Assembly (NCBI GenBank): GCA_963779415.1
Contig: CAVZYA010000001.1
Location: 516,519-580,518, forward strand
Direction of reading: 5' to 3'
Source: an uncultured Acidobacteriota bacterium
GTDB taxonomy: Bacteria; Acidobacteriota; Thermoanaerobaculia; UBA5066
Length of the DNA: 64,000 bases
The notes beneath the pieces were generated by a model. It made no database searches and was not told where the DNA came from. It saw only the letters and a program-made list of their open reading frames with translations. How positions within the stretch are numbered: the stretch's first letter is position 1; each line of letters starts with the position of its first letter. Shown in pieces: positions 35,392 through 44,737 of this stretch. The position numbers and the translations under genes were made by a program.

Positions 35392-37287
35392 GTGCGACCT
35401 TTCACAACCCTCTCGGAAAGGAAGCTAGACTCGCCCCGCGTGATCGAAAACCAGCGACGCGCAGACGAGAGGCCTTTCAGCGTCCCTCGGTCGAAACAGG
35501 AGATCCTCGGGGATCTCGAGACATTGATCGCGGAGAGAAAGCTCTTCGGCGCGGAGCTGAACCCGACGATTCTCAAGAAGAGCGGCAAGGGAGCGCGATT
35601 TCTCGTCAGCAAGGTTCCCTCGCGGCGAAAGCTCCTTCGGAGCTGGAGGGCCCTCTTCGAGGACCGGATCCCGCCCGCCGCCCTCTTCCGGGCCCTCGGT
35701 CCCCGCTACGGCGAGTTCTCGCACCGGGAGAGCCTCCTCCTCTTCGGCAGGAACCGCATCCTCTACGACACGCAGATTCTCGAGGGCGAGGAGAGCGTCG
35801 GCGAGGTGACGCTCAGCTTCGCGTCTCTCCCGGATCCGGCGCTCGGGCTCACGGCCTTTCTCCGGGGCCGCCGCATCAGGGTCGTCTACATCGACCACAT
35901 CCGCGTGAACGCGCAGCGCTCCGGCTACGCCGCGACGCTGTTCCGCCACTACGAGGGGCTCTTCCGGGACCTGGGCTTCCGCGAGTTCCGGCTGAACGCG
36001 TCTCTTTCCATCGGTCGGTACTACTGGGGAAAGGAAGGATTCGATTTCGCCGACAGGTCCGAGGTCGAAAGGAGAAAGCAGGCCCTGCGTACTCTCGTCC
36101 GGGAGAAGGGCCTTCCCGTGCGCGAGATCGAGATCGGGCGTCTGAACCACCCGTTCGATCTCGCCGGGTTCCGGAAGGACCTGAGGATCCCCGTCTACCG
36201 GGATGCCGACGGATACCACTCGCTGACGGCCGATGAGCGGTTCACCGAGGAGGTCCAGCTGCCGCTGGGCAAGGCCTTCCTTCTCGCCTCGGCACCCTGG
36301 GAGGGGTACAAGACGATCTACACGAAGACACCCCGGAGGACGGGCTTCGTGACCTCTCCCGAATACCTTCGGCACCAGACCCGTGCCGGCCACCCGGAAA
36401 GCCACAAACGGCTCCGCGCCCTTCTCGCGGCCATCGAGAAGGAGGACCTCCGGAGGAGCCTCGTCTTCCTTCCTCCCTACGTCCCCGACCTCGAGTTCCT
36501 CGGGACGGTCCATGCCCCCGAGTACCTCGAGAGGTTCCGCGAGAGCGTCCGGAACGGAGACAAGATCTTCTCAACGAGAGACTGCTCGATCTCGGCCGCG
36601 ACCTGGGACGTCGCCCTTCTCGCGGCCGGCGGCGCGATGGCCGGCGTCGACGCCGTCATGAACGGGAGGGTCAAGAACGTCTTCTGCGCCGTGAGGCCCC
36701 CGGGGCATCACGCGGGACGGGCGTCCACGATGGGATTCTGCTTCATCAACAACGTGGCGGTCGGCGCCGTCTACGCACGGGCCGTCTACGGCGTCGAACG
36801 GATCTTCATCCTCGACTGGGACGTCCACCACGGAAACGGGACGCAGGCGATCTTCGAGGCGGACCCCCTGACGTACTACTGCAGCATCCACGAGCACCCG
36901 ACCTTCTGCTTTCCGGGGACGGGACGGCGGATGGAGCGGGGAACGGGGGCGGGAGCAGGGTTCACGCTGAACCTGCCGCTCAAGCCGTTCGCGGGGGACG
37001 AGGAGCTGGTGGAGACCTTCGAGAGGGAGGTCGTCCCGGAGATCGACCGGTTCCGGCCCGGCCTGATCATGATCTCCGCGGGGTTCGACGGACACGACAA
37101 CGACCCGATCGCCGACCTCCGGCTCACGAGGGAGTCATTCATCCACATGACGCGGAGGCTCTGCGAGCTGGCGGACCGCCATTGCGCCGGCCGCATCGTC
37201 TCGGTTCTCGAAGGAGGGTACGAGGGCCCCTGGTTCGCCTCGTCGGTCCTCGCCCATCTCCTGACGCTTCAGGGAAGGAGCCAATAA
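35392..37287 (+). CDS. Fusion protein: GNAT-like N-terminal region + class II histone-deacetylase-family (HDAC/APAH) domain
   Basis: N-terminus: YIDHIRVNAQRSGYAATLFRHYEGLFRDLGFREF (GNAT motif-A-like RxxGxA). C-terminus: RPPGHHAG, ILDWDVHHGNGTQ, SAGFDGHDNDP and LEGGYE. The GTG start at 35392 is uncertain. Confidence 0.85.
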   Translation: MRPFTTLSERKLDSPRVIENQRRADERPFSVPRSKQEILGDLETLIAERKLFGAELNPTILKKSGKGARFLVSKVPSRRKLLRSWRALFEDRIPPAALFRALGPRYGEFSHRESLLLFGRNRILYDTQILEGEESVGEVTLSFASLPDPALGLTAFLRGRRIRVVYIDHIRVNAQRSGYAATLFRHYEGLFRDLGFREFRLNASLSIGRYYWGKEGFDFADRSEVERRKQALRTLVREKGLPVREIEIGRLNHPFDLAGFRKDLRIPVYRDADGYHSLTADERFTEEVQLPLGKAFLLASAPWEGYKTIYTKTPRRTGFVTSPEYLRHQTRAGHPESHKRLRALLAAIEKEDLRRSLVFLPPYVPDLEFLGTVHAPEYLERFRESVRNGDKIFSTRDCSISAATWDVALLAAGGAMAGVDAVMNGRVKNVFCAVRPPGHHAGRASTMGFCFINNVAVGAVYARAVYGVERIFILDWDVHHGNGTQAIFEADPLTYYCSIHEHPTFCFPGTGRRMERGTGAGAGFTLNLPLKPFAGDEELVETFEREVVPEIDRFRPGLIMISAGFDGHDNDPIADLRLTRESFIHMTRRLCELADRHCAGRIVSVLEGGYEGPWFASSVLAHLLTLQGRSQ

Positions 37288-37922
37288 TGTTCGTCGGCAA
37301 GCGGATGACAAAGAACGTGATCACGGTCTCGCCGGGAGACACCCTGAAATTCGCCAGCCACGCCCTGATGGAGAACCGGATCCATCAGCTCCCGGTCGTG
37401 GAGAACGGCGAGCTGGTCGGCTTCGTGTCGGGCACGGACATCCGCAACTCGACCTTCGAGACCTCGACGGTCACGCAGCTCGGAAAGATCCTCGTGAAGA
37501 ACCGGACCGTCGCGGAGATCATGATGCGCGACGTCGTCACGGTGATGCCGGAGGACACGATCGAAGACGCGCTCCTCGTCATCCACAAGAGGAAGCTCGG
37601 GGCCCTCCCCGTCGTGGAGGGGCGGAAGCTGGTCGGGATCATCACGAAGCGGGACCTCCTGGCGGCCTTCTGCGACGCCCTCAAGATCGAGGAGCCGGGG
37701 GTCCGGATCGAGGTCATCCTCCCACGCGGGGCCGCTTCCCTCGTCCCCCTCGTTCGGAAGCTCGCGGACATGGAGGCCGAGATCTGGAGCCTGATCCTTT
37801 CGCCCGTCCCCGGCGGCTTCCTCGCCCTCGTCCGCCTCGCCACGATCGACGCGGGTGGCGTTCGGAGGGCCCTTCGCGATGCCGGCTTCATCGTCCCGGA
37901 CGTGGCGGACTTCCTGAAGTAG
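37287..37922 (+). CDS. CBS-pair + ACT domain protein (AcuB-like)
   Basis: ATG 37287 overlaps the upstream TAA by 1 nt. Two CBS motifs (MTKNVITVSPGDT..IHQLPVVENGELVGFVSGTDI; MMRDVVTVMPEDT..LGALPVVEGRKLVGIITKRDL) and an ACT-like tail. Confidence 0.85.
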   Translation: MFVGKRMTKNVITVSPGDTLKFASHALMENRIHQLPVVENGELVGFVSGTDIRNSTFETSTVTQLGKILVKNRTVAEIMMRDVVTVMPEDTIEDALLVIHKRKLGALPVVEGRKLVGIITKRDLLAAFCDALKIEEPGVRIEVILPRGAASLVPLVRKLADMEAEIWSLILSPVPGGFLALVRLATIDAGGVRRALRDAGFIVPDVADFLK

Positions 37923-37943
37923 CGGCCCGCCGGAAGGCTCCCG

Positions 37944-39278
37944 CTACCGGAGCTGATAGCCTTTCATCTTCCGCCAGAGGGTATTGCGCGAGATGCCGAG
38001 TGTGGCCGCGGCCCGGCCCCGGTGGCCGCCGTGCCGCGCGATCGCGTCGCGGATGGTCTCCGCCTCGGCCTGCTCCAGGGGACTCGCGCCGGGGGGGGCC
38101 GCGATCGCCGGCGCGCCGGGGAGCGAGGCGATCTGGGAGGGGAGGTCGGAGACCTCGATGATCGAGCCGCCGCAGACCACGAAGGCGTGCTCGATGGCGT
38201 TTTCGAGCTCCCGCACGTTCCCGGGAAACGAATGGGACATGAGGCGCGCCATCGCCGTCACCGAGATACCCGAGATGCGCCTCCCCTGCGCGGCGTTGAA
38301 GCGCGCGATGAACCGCTCGACGAGGAGCGGGATGTCCTCTGGGCGGCTCCGGAGCGGCGGCAGGGTCAGCCGGACGATGTTCAGGCGGAAGTAGAGGTCC
38401 TGGCGGAAGCGCCGGTTCATCACCTCCGCCGCGAGGTCGCGGTTGGTCGCGGCAATGATCCGTACGTCGGCCTTCGCCGGCTTGACGGCGCCGAGCGGCG
38501 TGTACTCCCGCTCCTGAAGGACCCGCAGAAGCTTGACCTGTATGGCCGGCGACAGCTCGCCGACCTCGTCGAGGAGGAGCGTCCCTCCCTGCGCGAGGGC
38601 GAAACGGCCGGGCTTGTCCTTCTTGGCGTCGGTGAAGGCGCCGCGGACGTAGCCGAACAGCTCCGATTCCACGAGGGAGTCCGGGATGGCGCCGCAGTTG
38701 ACCGCGACGAAGGGCTTTCGGGAGCGCGCCCCGAGGTTGTGGATCGCCCTCGCGACGAGCTCCTTTCCGGTGCCGGGCTCCCCCTCGATCAGGACGGTCG
38801 CGTCGCTCCGGGCGATGAGCGGCAGCATGTCGCGCACATGACGCATCGCCGCGCTCTTGGAGATGACGTCATCCGACTTGTAGCTGGCTTTCAGCTGGCG
38901 ACGCAGCTCGGCGACCTCGGAGAGGTCGCGGAACATCTCGACCCCCCCGATCACCTGTCCGTCCTCGCCACGCAGCGCCGCCGTGCTGACGGCGATCGGA
39001 ACGGAGCGCCCCTCCTTCCGGAGGATCGAGACCTCGCTGTCGGCATGGCTCTGGCCGGCCCGCATGCTGTCGCGCAAGAGGCAGTTCCTCTCGCATCCGG
39101 TGCTCCGGAGCACATCGCCACAGAAGCGCCCCAGAACCTCTTCCCGGCCGTAGCCCGTGATCTCCTCCGCCGTCCGATTGAAGGCCGTGATCCGGCAGTC
39201 GCCGTCTACGGTGAAGATCGCGTGCGGGATGGAGTTGAAGATCAGGTTCGCGTACCTGATGACGAGAGCCCGCTGCAT
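37944..39278 (-). CDS. Sigma-54-dependent transcriptional activator (PAS + AAA+ + Fis-type HTH; no receiver domain)
   Basis: Motifs GEPGTGKELVARAIH, GAFTDA (a GAFTGA variant), LLLDEVGEL and a C-terminal ..AAATLGISRNTLWRKMK. The N-terminal PAS carries a C-x8-C-x3-C motif. Confidence 0.92.
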   Translation of the reverse strand: MQRALVIRYANLIFNSIPHAIFTVDGDCRITAFNRTAEEITGYGREEVLGRFCGDVLRSTGCERNCLLRDSMRAGQSHADSEVSILRKEGRSVPIAVSTAALRGEDGQVIGGVEMFRDLSEVAELRRQLKASYKSDDVISKSAAMRHVRDMLPLIARSDATVLIEGEPGTGKELVARAIHNLGARSRKPFVAVNCGAIPDSLVESELFGYVRGAFTDAKKDKPGRFALAQGGTLLLDEVGELSPAIQVKLLRVLQEREYTPLGAVKPAKADVRIIAATNRDLAAEVMNRRFRQDLYFRLNIVRLTLPPLRSRPEDIPLLVERFIARFNAAQGRRISGISVTAMARLMSHSFPGNVRELENAIEHAFVVCGGSIIEVSDLPSQIASLPGAPAIAAPPGASPLEQAEAETIRDAIARHGGHRGRAAATLGISRNTLWRKMKGYQLR

Positions 39279-39324
39279 GTCGGCAATCTAACTCCTATGC
39301 TCCAGAAGTGCAACAACAGATGAA

Positions 39325-39345
39325 GAGACGTCTCGAATCCGAGAC
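39325..39345. promoter_or_regulatory. Overlapping palindromes, candidate activator-binding site (UAS)
   Basis: GAGACGTCTC (39325-39334) overlaps GTCTCGAATCCGAGAC (39330-39345), about 90-105 bp upstream of the sigma-54 promoter. Confidence 0.3.
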
Positions 39346-39430
39346 ACCACAATCGCAGCTGTTCAGACAAGAGGCCGTGTTTTCGAAAGCCAACACATTG
39401 TCAACGAAGAAGATGCCGCCGCCGCCCCGA

Positions 39431-39446
39431 TGGCACGTTGATTGCC
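39431..39446 (+). promoter_or_regulatory. Sigma-54 (-24/-12) promoter
   Basis: TGGCAC-gttga-TTGC matches TGGCAC-N5-TTGC exactly. It lies 43 bp upstream of ATG 39489 and is divergent from a sigma-54 activator gene. Confidence 0.7.
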
Positions 39447-39488
39447 ATAGAGGACCATGCGGGACGAACCGCAGCGCGGAGGGCTCGA

Positions 39489-40880
39489 ATGGCGCTAACA
39501 ACTTCCTATTACATGGAGGCGGTCGACACGAAGAACCTCCCGGAGAGGTTCCTCGAGGCATTCGCCGCGATTCTTTCTCACTCGAACTACGCCGCCGTTC
39601 TCGACCTCTATGCCCGGATGAGCACGCGATGCGGACGCTGCGCCGCGAGCTGTCCGGTCTACGAGGCCTCCTGCGATCCGCGGGACATTCCGTGCAAGAG
39701 GTCGGAGCTGCTCCTCGACGTCTTCACCCGCTACTTCACCCCTCTCGGCGCCCTCAAGGCGCGCTTCGGCACTCCCTTCACCCTCACGGAGGAGCACATC
39801 AACAGGCTGGCAGAGGATCTCTACCGCTGCACCGCCTGCCGCCGGTGCAAGCTCGAGTGCCCGCTGGGGATCGACCACGCGATGATCACCCACCTCGGCC
39901 GCTGGGTCCTTGCGGAGGTCGGCATCATTCCGAAGGCGCTCAAGGTGGCGGTGCGGGAGCAACTGGACGGAAAGACGCACAACACGTCGGCGATTCCCGA
40001 GGCGGCGCTGCGCGACACGTGCGAGTTCCTCACGGACGACTGCAAGGACACCTGGGGGATGAAGATCGAGTTCCCGATCGACCGGGAGGGGTCGGAATAC
40101 GTCTTCTTCCCGGCGGTATCCGATTACCTCCTGGAGCCCGACACGCTGACGGGAAACTCCGCGGTCCTCACCGCGGCCGGCGCCTCCTGGACCATCGGCT
40201 CGCGTTACTTCGACGGGATCAACTACGGCCTCTTCTACTCCGACCGGATGCTCGACCGGATCCTGCAGCAGGAGGTCGCGGAGGTCCGCCGCCTCGGGGC
40301 ACGCAAGATCCTGATCGGAGAGTGCGGGCACGCCTCGCGCTCGGCCAAGTTCTTCGTCCGGACTTTCGGCGGCGGCCGGAACGCTCCCGAGGTGGTCAAC
40401 ATCATGGAGTACACGCTGAGGGCGCTTCGGGAGGGGAAGCTGGCCCTTAAGGCCGGTTCGATCGGCGAGCGCGTGACGTATCACGATCCCTGCAACATCG
40501 CCCGATCGGGCTGGGTTGTAGAACAGCCACGCGAGATCCTTCGCGCCATCTGCTCGGACTTCGTCGAGATGACGCCGCACGGCCGCGAGAACTACTGCTG
40601 CGGGGGCGGAAGCGGGACCGTCTCCATCGACGAGATCCGCTCCTTCCGGACGCTCGTCGGCGGCAAGACCAAGGCGGAACAGATCCGCCGCACCGGCGCC
40701 ACCGTCCTGGTCGCCCCCTGCGCCAACTGCAAGAAGCAGCTCCGCGAGGTCTGCGAAGACCACGGCCTCAAGGACGTCCGGGTCGTCGGGTTGCACGATC
40801 TCCTCTTGCCGGCCCTCCAACCGCCTGCGGCCATGCGCGTCGAAAAACCGGCGGCCGACGAAGCCGCGAAGGGGGCGTGA
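39489..40880 (+). CDS. HdrD/DsrK/HmeD-like Fe-S oxidoreductase (two 4Fe-4S motifs + CCG domains)
   Basis: ORF 39438..40880 trimmed to ATG 39489 (GGAGGG 5 nt upstream). The track start lies inside the sigma-54 promoter. Motifs CGRCAASCPVY, CTACRRCKLECP, YHDPCNIARS, NYCCGGGSG and APCANC. Confidence 0.88.
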   Translation: MALTTSYYMEAVDTKNLPERFLEAFAAILSHSNYAAVLDLYARMSTRCGRCAASCPVYEASCDPRDIPCKRSELLLDVFTRYFTPLGALKARFGTPFTLTEEHINRLAEDLYRCTACRRCKLECPLGIDHAMITHLGRWVLAEVGIIPKALKVAVREQLDGKTHNTSAIPEAALRDTCEFLTDDCKDTWGMKIEFPIDREGSEYVFFPAVSDYLLEPDTLTGNSAVLTAAGASWTIGSRYFDGINYGLFYSDRMLDRILQQEVAEVRRLGARKILIGECGHASRSAKFFVRTFGGGRNAPEVVNIMEYTLRALREGKLALKAGSIGERVTYHDPCNIARSGWVVEQPREILRAICSDFVEMTPHGRENYCCGGGSGTVSIDEIRSFRTLVGGKTKAEQIRRTGATVLVAPCANCKKQLREVCEDHGLKDVRVVGLHDLLLPALQPPAAMRVEKPAADEAAKGA

Positions 40881-40883
40881 CGC

Positions 40884-41585
40884 GTGGACGCCTGGATCGC
40901 CCTCGCGCGGGGCCCCCTCTTTCGCATCTCCCTCGCGGTCTGCGTGCTCGGCCTTCTCTACCGTGTCGGCGTCGCCTGCTACTCCCTCCTGCGCGCGTGG
41001 CAGAGAGCGGGAGACCGGCTCCTGCCGCTCTCCGCGATCCGCCGCGCGACCCTGGAGTGGTTGGTGCCACGCCGTCTCCTCAAGGCGAGGCCGCTCTACT
41101 CGATCGCCTCGTTCGCGTTTCACGTCGGCATCATCGTCGTGCCGCTCTTCCTCGCCGGACACGTCCTCCTCTGGCAGCGCGACCTGCCGGTCGCCTGGCT
41201 TGTGCTCCCCGCCTTCTGGGCCGACCTCCTGACCCTCCTCGCCACGGCGGCGCTCTTCGGTGTCCTCGTCGCCCGGGCCGTGACGAAGGAGAGCCGCTTC
41301 CTGACGCAGACGCAGGACGTCGTGGTGCTCCTCCTCCTCGCAGGGGTGCTCGTCGCCGGCTTTCTCGCATCCCATCCGGGCCTCGCTCCGTTCGACGCAC
41401 GGGCGCTGCTCCTAGCCCACGTCCTCCTCGGAGATCTGGTGCTGATCCTGACGCCCTTGACCAAGATCGTGCACTGCGTCCTCTTCCCATTCATGCAGCT
41501 CGCCGGAGAGATCGGCTGGCACTTCCCCGCCGAGAGCGGCCGCCACGTGGCGCTCGCCCTCGGCAAGGAGGGTGAGCGGATATGA
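40884..41585 (+). CDS. Integral membrane protein, DsrM/HmeC/NarI-like (putative dihaem b quinol-interacting subunit)
   Basis: 233 aa with about 5 TM segments and conserved-looking His residues in the helices (FAFHVGIIVVPLFLAGHVLLW; LLLAHVLLGD; KIVHCVLFP). GTG start. Confidence 0.7.
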   Translation: MDAWIALARGPLFRISLAVCVLGLLYRVGVACYSLLRAWQRAGDRLLPLSAIRRATLEWLVPRRLLKARPLYSIASFAFHVGIIVVPLFLAGHVLLWQRDLPVAWLVLPAFWADLLTLLATAALFGVLVARAVTKESRFLTQTQDVVVLLLLAGVLVAGFLASHPGLAPFDARALLLAHVLLGDLVLILTPLTKIVHCVLFPFMQLAGEIGWHFPAESGRHVALALGKEGERI

Positions 41586-42391
41586 GCGCCTGGGGCATCC
41601 TGACCGACGTTACGAAGTGCATCGGCTGCGAGGAGTGCGTCGCCGCTTGCAAGCGGACGAACGCGACCGGAGAGGACGAGCCGTGGAGCTGGCAGGGCTC
41701 ACCCGGGGATCTCTCGTCGACGCGGTGGACGACGATCGTCTCCGCGCCGCGCGGACGCTCCGTCCGCGTCCACTGTCGCCACTGCCTCGAGCCGGCCTGT
41801 GCCTCGGCCTGTCCGGTGGGAGCGCTCCGCCGGACGAAGGAAGGCGCGGTCGCTTACGACGCGGACATCTGCATGGGCTGCCGCTACTGCATGATCGCCT
41901 GCCCGTTCAAGATGACCCGCTACGAGTGGGAGTCGGCCACCCCCCGGGTCCGCAAGTGCATCCTCTGCTACGACCGGATCCGTAAAGGCGAGATCAGGGA
42001 GCCGGCCTGTACGGCCGCCTGCCCGACGAAGGCGACGATCTTCGGCGACCGGGACACCCTCCTCGCCGAAGCCCGCCGCCGCATCGCGGAGGAGCCGGGC
42101 CGATACGTCCACCACATCTGGGGCGAGCACGAAGTGGGAGGGACCTCAGTCCTCTACCTTTCCGACGTCAACCTCTCCACGGCTGGCTGGCCCTCTTCGC
42201 TGCGCGACACTTCGTATCCGGCGCTCACGCATCCGGCCATGCACGCCGTCCCTCCCGCGTTTCTCGGCGTGGGCGCCGTGATGTTCGGCCTCTCGTGGGT
42301 GATCGGCCGCCGGGAGCGCCTCGCCCGGGAGGGGGATCCGGAAACTCCGCCGCACGAGAAAGGCAACACGCCTCCGAAGGCTACGCCATGA
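41582..42391 (+). CDS. 4Fe-4S ferredoxin-type subunit (DsrO/HmeA/HybA-like) with a C-terminal TM anchor
   Basis: Motifs CIGCEECVAAC, CRHCLEPACASAC, CMGCRYCMIAC and CILCYDR..C..C. The C-terminal helix is VPPAFLGVGAVMFGLSWVIG. I see no twin-arginine signal at the N-terminus. Confidence 0.85.
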   Translation: MSAWGILTDVTKCIGCEECVAACKRTNATGEDEPWSWQGSPGDLSSTRWTTIVSAPRGRSVRVHCRHCLEPACASACPVGALRRTKEGAVAYDADICMGCRYCMIACPFKMTRYEWESATPRVRKCILCYDRIRKGEIREPACTAACPTKATIFGDRDTLLAEARRRIAEEPGRYVHHIWGEHEVGGTSVLYLSDVNLSTAGWPSSLRDTSYPALTHPAMHAVPPAFLGVGAVMFGLSWVIGRRERLAREGDPETPPHEKGNTPPKATP

Positions 42392-44314
42392 GCACGCCCG
42401 TCAACATCCGCCTGGCCACGACCAAGGCCGTCCTCTGGCTCCTCGTCGGCGTGGCGACCGCCGTGGCGGCGGTGCGCTACGCGTACGGCCTCGGCCTGAC
42501 AACGGCCCTCACGGACCTCACCCCCTGGGGTCTCTGGATCGGACTCGACGTCATGGCCGGTGTGGCGCTCGCCGCCGGGGGCTTCGTCATCGCGGCCACC
42601 GTGTACGTCTTTCACCGCGAGCGCTACCACGCTCTCGTCCGGCCCGCCGTCCTGACGGCTTTCCTCGGTTACGTGGCGGTCGTCCTCGGACTGCTCGTCG
42701 ACCTCGGCCGGCCCTGGAACATCTGGCGAATGACCGTCCGCTGGCAGCCAACCTCCGCCCTCTTCGAGGTCGGCTGGTGCGTGATGCTCTACCTGACCGT
42801 CCTGACCCTCGAGTTCGCCCCGGTCGTCTTCGAGGGCTTGCGCTGGAATCGAGCTTTCGCTCTGCTCAAGCGCGCGACCCTCCCCCTCGTCATCGTCGGC
42901 ATCGCTCTCTCCACGCTGCACCAGTCCTCCCTCGGGACGCTCCTCGTCATCGCACCCGAACGCCTCCACCCGCTCTGGTACTCGCCCATCCTGCCTCTGC
43001 TTTTCCTCGTCTCGGCCATCGGCCTCGGGCTCGCCACCGTCGTCGTGGAGGATGTAACGAGCACGTGGCTCTACCGGCGGCAGCCGGAGTGGGACCTCCT
43101 GCCGGCCCTGACGCGCGCCTCGGCTCTGGTTCTTCTGCTCTACCTCGCGCTCCGTGTCGGCGACCTGGCTTTTCGCGGGACGCTGGCACGTGTCCTGGAA
43201 GGCTCGTGGTGGTCGGCGCTCTTCGTCGTCGAGCTGCTGGTGAGCGTCGTCGTCCCCGTCCTGATCTTCCTCCTCCCCTCGACGCGCAAGAGCCCCCGCG
43301 CCCTCTCCGTGGGCGCTTTCCTCGTCATTTCGGGATTCGTCTTCAACCGGGCCATGGTGGGAGGGATCGCCCAGCTCGCCCGGACCCGGGACTTCTACGT
43401 CCCGGCGGCCACCGAGCTCGCCATCAGCCTCGGGATCATCGCGGTGATGGCGCTGGTCTTCATGTTCTTCGTGGAGCACCTCGGAGTTTGGGAGACGCCG
43501 CCAGCGGCACCCGACCACTTCCGGCCGGCCGTGACCGACCGGGCCTCGGCCGTGCGCCTCCGCGGGCCCTGGTTCGGAAGCGTGCAACGCTCGGGTCTCG
43601 CGTGGGTCGTCGGCGTCCTCCTCGGACTGGGGATCGTCTCGGCCGAAGTCCGTCACCGCGGCATGGTCCGGGCGACTCCCGTGGCTCCGCCCCGGACGGT
43701 CACCGTGGACCGGTCGGATCGCCCCGGGGGGCTTCTGCATCAGCTCCGGCTTCTCCCGGCGACGGCCACCGGAGAGACGACCGAGAACGCGCTCCTCCTC
43801 TCGGCGGCCGGGAGCGGGCGGTACGTCCTTTTCGAGCATGACCAGCACCAGAAGAGGCTCGGCGGCGTCTCTTCGTGCCGCCGATGCCATCACCTCAACC
43901 TGCCTCTCGACAAGGCGACGCCCTGCGCGTCGTGTCACCGCGACATGTACGCGGCGACCGACATTTTCGGGCACGAGCGGCATGTCGTTTCCCTCGGCCG
44001 CAACGCCTCCTGCTCGAGGTGCCACGCTCCCGGAAGGGCGCAGACGAGGGAGGCGTCGACCCCCTGTGCGTCGTGCCATGCCGCGGAAGGCGGCCCGCCC
44101 GTCGGCCTTGGCGAGAGAAAGGATGCCGCCGGTATCGCGCCCGGCTATCGGCGAGTCCCTCCACTCCCTCTGCATCTCGTGCCATCGGTCCGAGGAGGCG
44201 CGGACCGGACGAAAGCCGTATCTCTCGCGCTGTCCGGCCTGTCATCGCGGGGCGGCCGCTGGCGACGAGAACCTCCGGGTCCGCGAAGGCGCGGTCCTCC
44301 TGGCGAGAAGATGA
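42388..44314 (+). CDS. NrfD/DsrP/HmeB-like polytopic membrane subunit fused to a multihaem (6x CxxCH) cytochrome c domain; one apparent +1 frameshift near 44138
   Basis: ATG 42388 (ATGA overlap). NrfD-like TM region (..LTPWGLWIGLDVMAGVALAAGGF..), then CRRCH, CASCH, CSRCH and CASCH in frame 1. CISCH and CPACH follow in the next frame, which ends at TGA 44312-44314 and overlaps the next ATG (ATGA). Confidence 0.8.
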
Positions 44315-44737
44315 TGCGCGAAATGCCGGCTCACCCACGCCCGCGGGTGGCGGTGGTCGATGACGAGCCAGACGTCCTGACGTTCGTGCGGCTCGCTCTC
44401 GACGACCGGGGGTTCGACGTCCTGACCCTCGACCGCGTCGCCGGAGCGCTTCCCGCGCCTCCACGCCTTCGCCCCGGACGCGGTCTGCCTCGACCTCTTG
44501 ATGCCGGAGCGGACGGGACTCTCGCTCCTCGTCGAGATCCGGAAGGATCCCGATCTGGCGAAGGTCCCGGTGCTCATCCTCTCGGCACTCAACGCCCGGG
44601 AGGAGCTCCTCGCGACCCTCCGCCGCGAGGGACTCGGCCCGGAGCCTGCCGCCTTCGTCGAGAAGCCGCTGGATATGGAGTCGCTGGTCCGGGCCTTGCG
44701 CGAGTGCCTGGGGATCGCGGTAGGAGGTGGGCCATGA
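44311..44737 (+). pseudogene. Single-domain response regulator, interrupted by one apparent +1 frameshift (~44443); may be an assembly error
   Basis: Frame 1 reads MMREMPAHPRPRVAVVDDEPDVLTFVRLALDDRGFDVLTLDR... The next frame reads ..FAPDAVCLDLLMPERTGLSLLVEIRKDPDLAKVPVLILSAL..FVEKPL. Confidence 0.7.

Noticed and set aside
39329-39346. A TCGAATCC string flanked by complementary arms, resembling a tRNA T-arm.
   Set aside because: The loop is 6 nt rather than the 7-nt TTCGAAT context, and no acceptor, D or anticodon arms can be folded around it. I treat it as an operator-like palindrome instead.
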